Source: Myxococcota bacterium
Lineage (GTDB): Bacteria; Myxococcota; XYA12-FULL-58-9; JALHOP01
DNA length: 21,125 bases
Reading direction: 5' to 3'
NCBI GenBank assembly: GCA_041288095.1
Contig: JBGGMJ010000084.1
Location: 1-21,125 of the forward strand
In this document: piece by piece, positions 16,672 through 21,125 of the stretch
Numbering within the stretch: position 1 is the first letter of the stretch
Layout: each line of letters starts with the position of its first letter
Notes under the pieces: model-generated
What the model saw: the letters and a program-made list of their open reading frames with translations, nothing else
Told to the model about the DNA's origin: nothing
Database searches by the model: none
Made by a program: the position numbers and the translations under genes

Positions 16672-18462
16672 GTGGACAGAGTATCCGCTATCGGTGCACC
16701 GCGTCTGGCGGGTGTCGGGGTCGAATCGACCCTGCGCGGCATAGCGGCTCTTTCGCCCCCCGCGGTGCAGATCCCGAAGGTGCCGCGCCGGGGACTTACC
16801 CTGCCGCCCGACAACCCGGTCCCGCAGCTGGCGGTGCCGGGTTTCCGCTTTCCGACCACCGCCTCGACCGCGGAGCGTCGCCAGGCAGCTCATGATCTCT
16901 TGCAGTCCGCGGTCATCATCGTGCGCCAGGGGTATGGCCCGAAGCCGTTTCGTCGGGAGCAGGGCTGGAGCCTCGAGCAGGCCGAGGGCGCCGCCCGGCG
17001 TTCCATCGATGCTCTCAGCACCATCAATGACCGCGATGTTCAGCGCATCATCAAGGAGTTCATCGACGCGATGCGCGACGGTCACACCGACATCACGGTG
17101 GCCGACCGGCGAGCCCGGGCGCTGCCCTTCGATGTCATCCGCACGATCGACGGTGCTTACGCCATAGCCTGGGTGGACACCGAGCAGCTCCCGCCCGGCG
17201 TCGCCCTGCGCGTCGGCGACGTGGTCACGACGTTCGACGGCCGCCCGATTGCCGAGGTCATGGCCGAGCTGGCCCGTGGCGAGCGCCAGACGAACCCCGA
17301 TGCCGCGATGCACTCGGCTTTGGCGACGCTCACCACACGCTCGGGTGCATCGCTGCACGACGTGCCTGAGCTCGGCGCGAACGTCGTGCTGGGCTTGGTT
17401 GGCGCCGACGGCAAGCCGCGGGCTCCGGTGACATTGCAGTGGCTCCAGAGCTCGGCGGTGAGCGAGTCACCTTTCGACGCGGGCGCCACCGAAGGCTACC
17501 CGCCGCGGCTCGGTCCTATCGCCCAGGCGCGGCGCGAGGGCGATCCGTTTGCTTCCTACGTCTACACGCACAACGGCCGGCGCATCGGCTACGTGCGCAT
17601 CTCGACCTTCTCGCCCACCGACGCCAACGGCAACGAGGACGCGACCGGGATCGAGGTCGCCTTCGTGAGAAGGTTCCAGGCGCGTATTCGTGAGCTCGCC
17701 GAGACCACCGACGCCCTGGTCGTCGACTTGAACGACAGCACCGGCGGCGCGACGACGGTGGAGAATTTGCTGTCGGCGAGCTTGTCACCGGTGCCGCTGC
17801 GCTCGGCCGTCGACGCGCTGCGCAATACCGCGCGCCTCAAGGAAGAGACGCAGGCGCGCCTCGCCGCGCTCGAAGCCGGAGTGCCGCGCGATGACCTGAC
17901 CAACCTCTTCAGCAACCCAGAAGCGGTCCGACGTAAGGAGCGAGCCTATCTCACCAAGCTCCTGGCGCAGCTGGAAGCGGGCCGGCCATGGTCGGAGCCG
18001 ATGGCGCTCGATGGTATGGCCGAGATCCCACCGGCACGGCATCCGTACCGCCGTCCCGTCATCTTCCTCACGAACCCAGGAACCGCTTCGTCGAGCGAGA
18101 CCATGCCGGCGAAGTTCCAGGACAACCGTGATCGCAGGCCCTCGGCGGTCGTCGGCACGCGCACGGCGGGGTGGGGCGGGACCATCGAAAATGTCTCGAT
18201 TCCGAACCCATTCGGCATCTCGAGCATCAGCTACACCGAGTCGCTGTCCATCCGCATGAACGGGACGCCGCTCGCCGAAGACATCACCCCGGAACGCCTC
18301 ATCGAGAGCCGTGGTGTGATCCCGGACCGTCACCTGGCGTTGACGTTGAACGACCTGCGCAACGACTTTGCCGACTACCGCCGGGGCGTGAACGCCGTGG
18401 TCATGGAGCAGATCCACGCCTACGAGCGAGTGCACGGCCGGCGTCGACCACGATCGCAATAA
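16672..18462 (+). CDS. S41-family serine protease with PDZ-like domain, CPAF (chlamydial protease-like activity factor)-like
   Basis: Start uncertain: GTG 16612 or GTG 16672; the ORF-track start 16576 overlaps the bglX start. Motifs 'YGPKPFRREQGWSL', His 'DGHT', PDZ-like 'LRVGDVVTTFDGRPI', 'RIGYVRISTF', 'ALVVDLNDSTGG', Ser 'TASSSETMP..FQDN', 'VVGTRTAGWGG', Glu 'IESRGVIPD'. Confidence 0.85.
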   Translation: MDRVSAIGAPRLAGVGVESTLRGIAALSPPAVQIPKVPRRGLTLPPDNPVPQLAVPGFRFPTTASTAERRQAAHDLLQSAVIIVRQGYGPKPFRREQGWSLEQAEGAARRSIDALSTINDRDVQRIIKEFIDAMRDGHTDITVADRRARALPFDVIRTIDGAYAIAWVDTEQLPPGVALRVGDVVTTFDGRPIAEVMAELARGERQTNPDAAMHSALATLTTRSGASLHDVPELGANVVLGLVGADGKPRAPVTLQWLQSSAVSESPFDAGATEGYPPRLGPIAQARREGDPFASYVYTHNGRRIGYVRISTFSPTDANGNEDATGIEVAFVRRFQARIRELAETTDALVVDLNDSTGGATTVENLLSASLSPVPLRSAVDALRNTARLKEETQARLAALEAGVPRDDLTNLFSNPEAVRRKERAYLTKLLAQLEAGRPWSEPMALDGMAEIPPARHPYRRPVIFLTNPGTASSSETMPAKFQDNRDRRPSAVVGTRTAGWGGTIENVSIPNPFGISSISYTESLSIRMNGTPLAEDITPERLIESRGVIPDRHLALTLNDLRNDFADYRRGVNAVVMEQIHAYERVHGRRRPRSQ

Positions 18463-18544
18463 CCCCTTTACGAGAGTCAGCTCTCGCTGGTATTGCGCGC
18501 GCGCCGAAAACCAACTGGCCGGTTAAGGCCTTTTGAAGGATTAC

Positions 18545-21004
<2,460 letters not shown>

Positions 21005-21041
21005 CAGTCGTCCGCTTAGGCGGATGAAATAGAATTGTTCG

Positions 21042-21083
21042 AAGGGCCCGCGCGAACCATCACTGGAACGCGCGGGCCTTTTC
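21042..21083 (+). terminator. Rho-independent terminator-like hairpin downstream of hppA
   Basis: Perfect 10-bp arms GGCCCGCGCG (21045-21054) and CGCGCGGGCC (21069-21078) followed by TTTTCGTCTCT. Confidence 0.75.
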
Positions 21084-21100
21084 GTCTCTCAGGGGGATTC

Positions 21101-21125
21101 ATGTGTTCGCTGGCTCGTGCAGGGT
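21101..21125 (+). CDS. Possible start of the next gene (MCSLARAG...), truncated by the window edge
   Basis: AGGGGG SD-like element at 21091-21096 followed by ATG at 21101. Only 8 codons are visible. Confidence 0.35.

Noticed and set aside
16582..17358. 259-aa N-terminal extension of the GH3 ORF in the ORF track
   Set aside because: Antisense to the S41 protease; a clear signal peptide begins at ATG 16581 and gives a normal BglX length.
10438..18462. Chlamydial gene transfer suggested by a CPAF-like protease and a histone-like tail in one window
   Set aside because: GC content and codon style look uniform with the flanks, no mobility genes are present, and Lys/Ala tails arise convergently.
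18487..18502. Sigma-54-like GG-N10-GC upstream of hppA
   Set aside because: Lacks the TGGCAC and TTGC context at the correct spacing; GG-N10-GC alone is common in GC-rich DNA.

Overview
High-GC, gene-dense bacterial DNA whose gene content (Cys/Asp-rich lipoprotein with a 'VWG..A.DVWAVG' propeller, MMPL transporter, CPAF-like protease) suggests Myxococcota or a relative; this is inferred from gene style, not a marker gene. Twelve protein-coding genes tile the window: a 5'-truncated OPT-family transporter (+); a membrane-anchored helical-repeat protein (-); a translationally coupled trio of M49/DPP III-like peptidase, YtcJ-like amidohydrolase and alpha/beta hydrolase (+); an MMPL/RND transporter (-); an AHSA1/SRPBCC protein with a histone-like Lys/Ala tail followed by a large lipoprotein (+); an orphan and a GH3 beta-glucosidase (-); a CPAF-like S41 protease (+); and a divergent K+-independent membrane pyrophosphatase (+) followed by a terminator-like hairpin. 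I saw no rRNA, tRNA, CRISPR array or mobile element. No clearly new multi-gene system is demonstrable from sequence alone. The best leads are a CPAF homologue that seems to lack both the internal autoinhibitory segment and a Sec signal, the SRPBCC-histone-like fusion with a possible internal start, a duplicated domain inserted in the OPT loop, and a possible peptide-scavenging locus split by the repeat gene. Family assignments rest on recalled motifs, not database searches.
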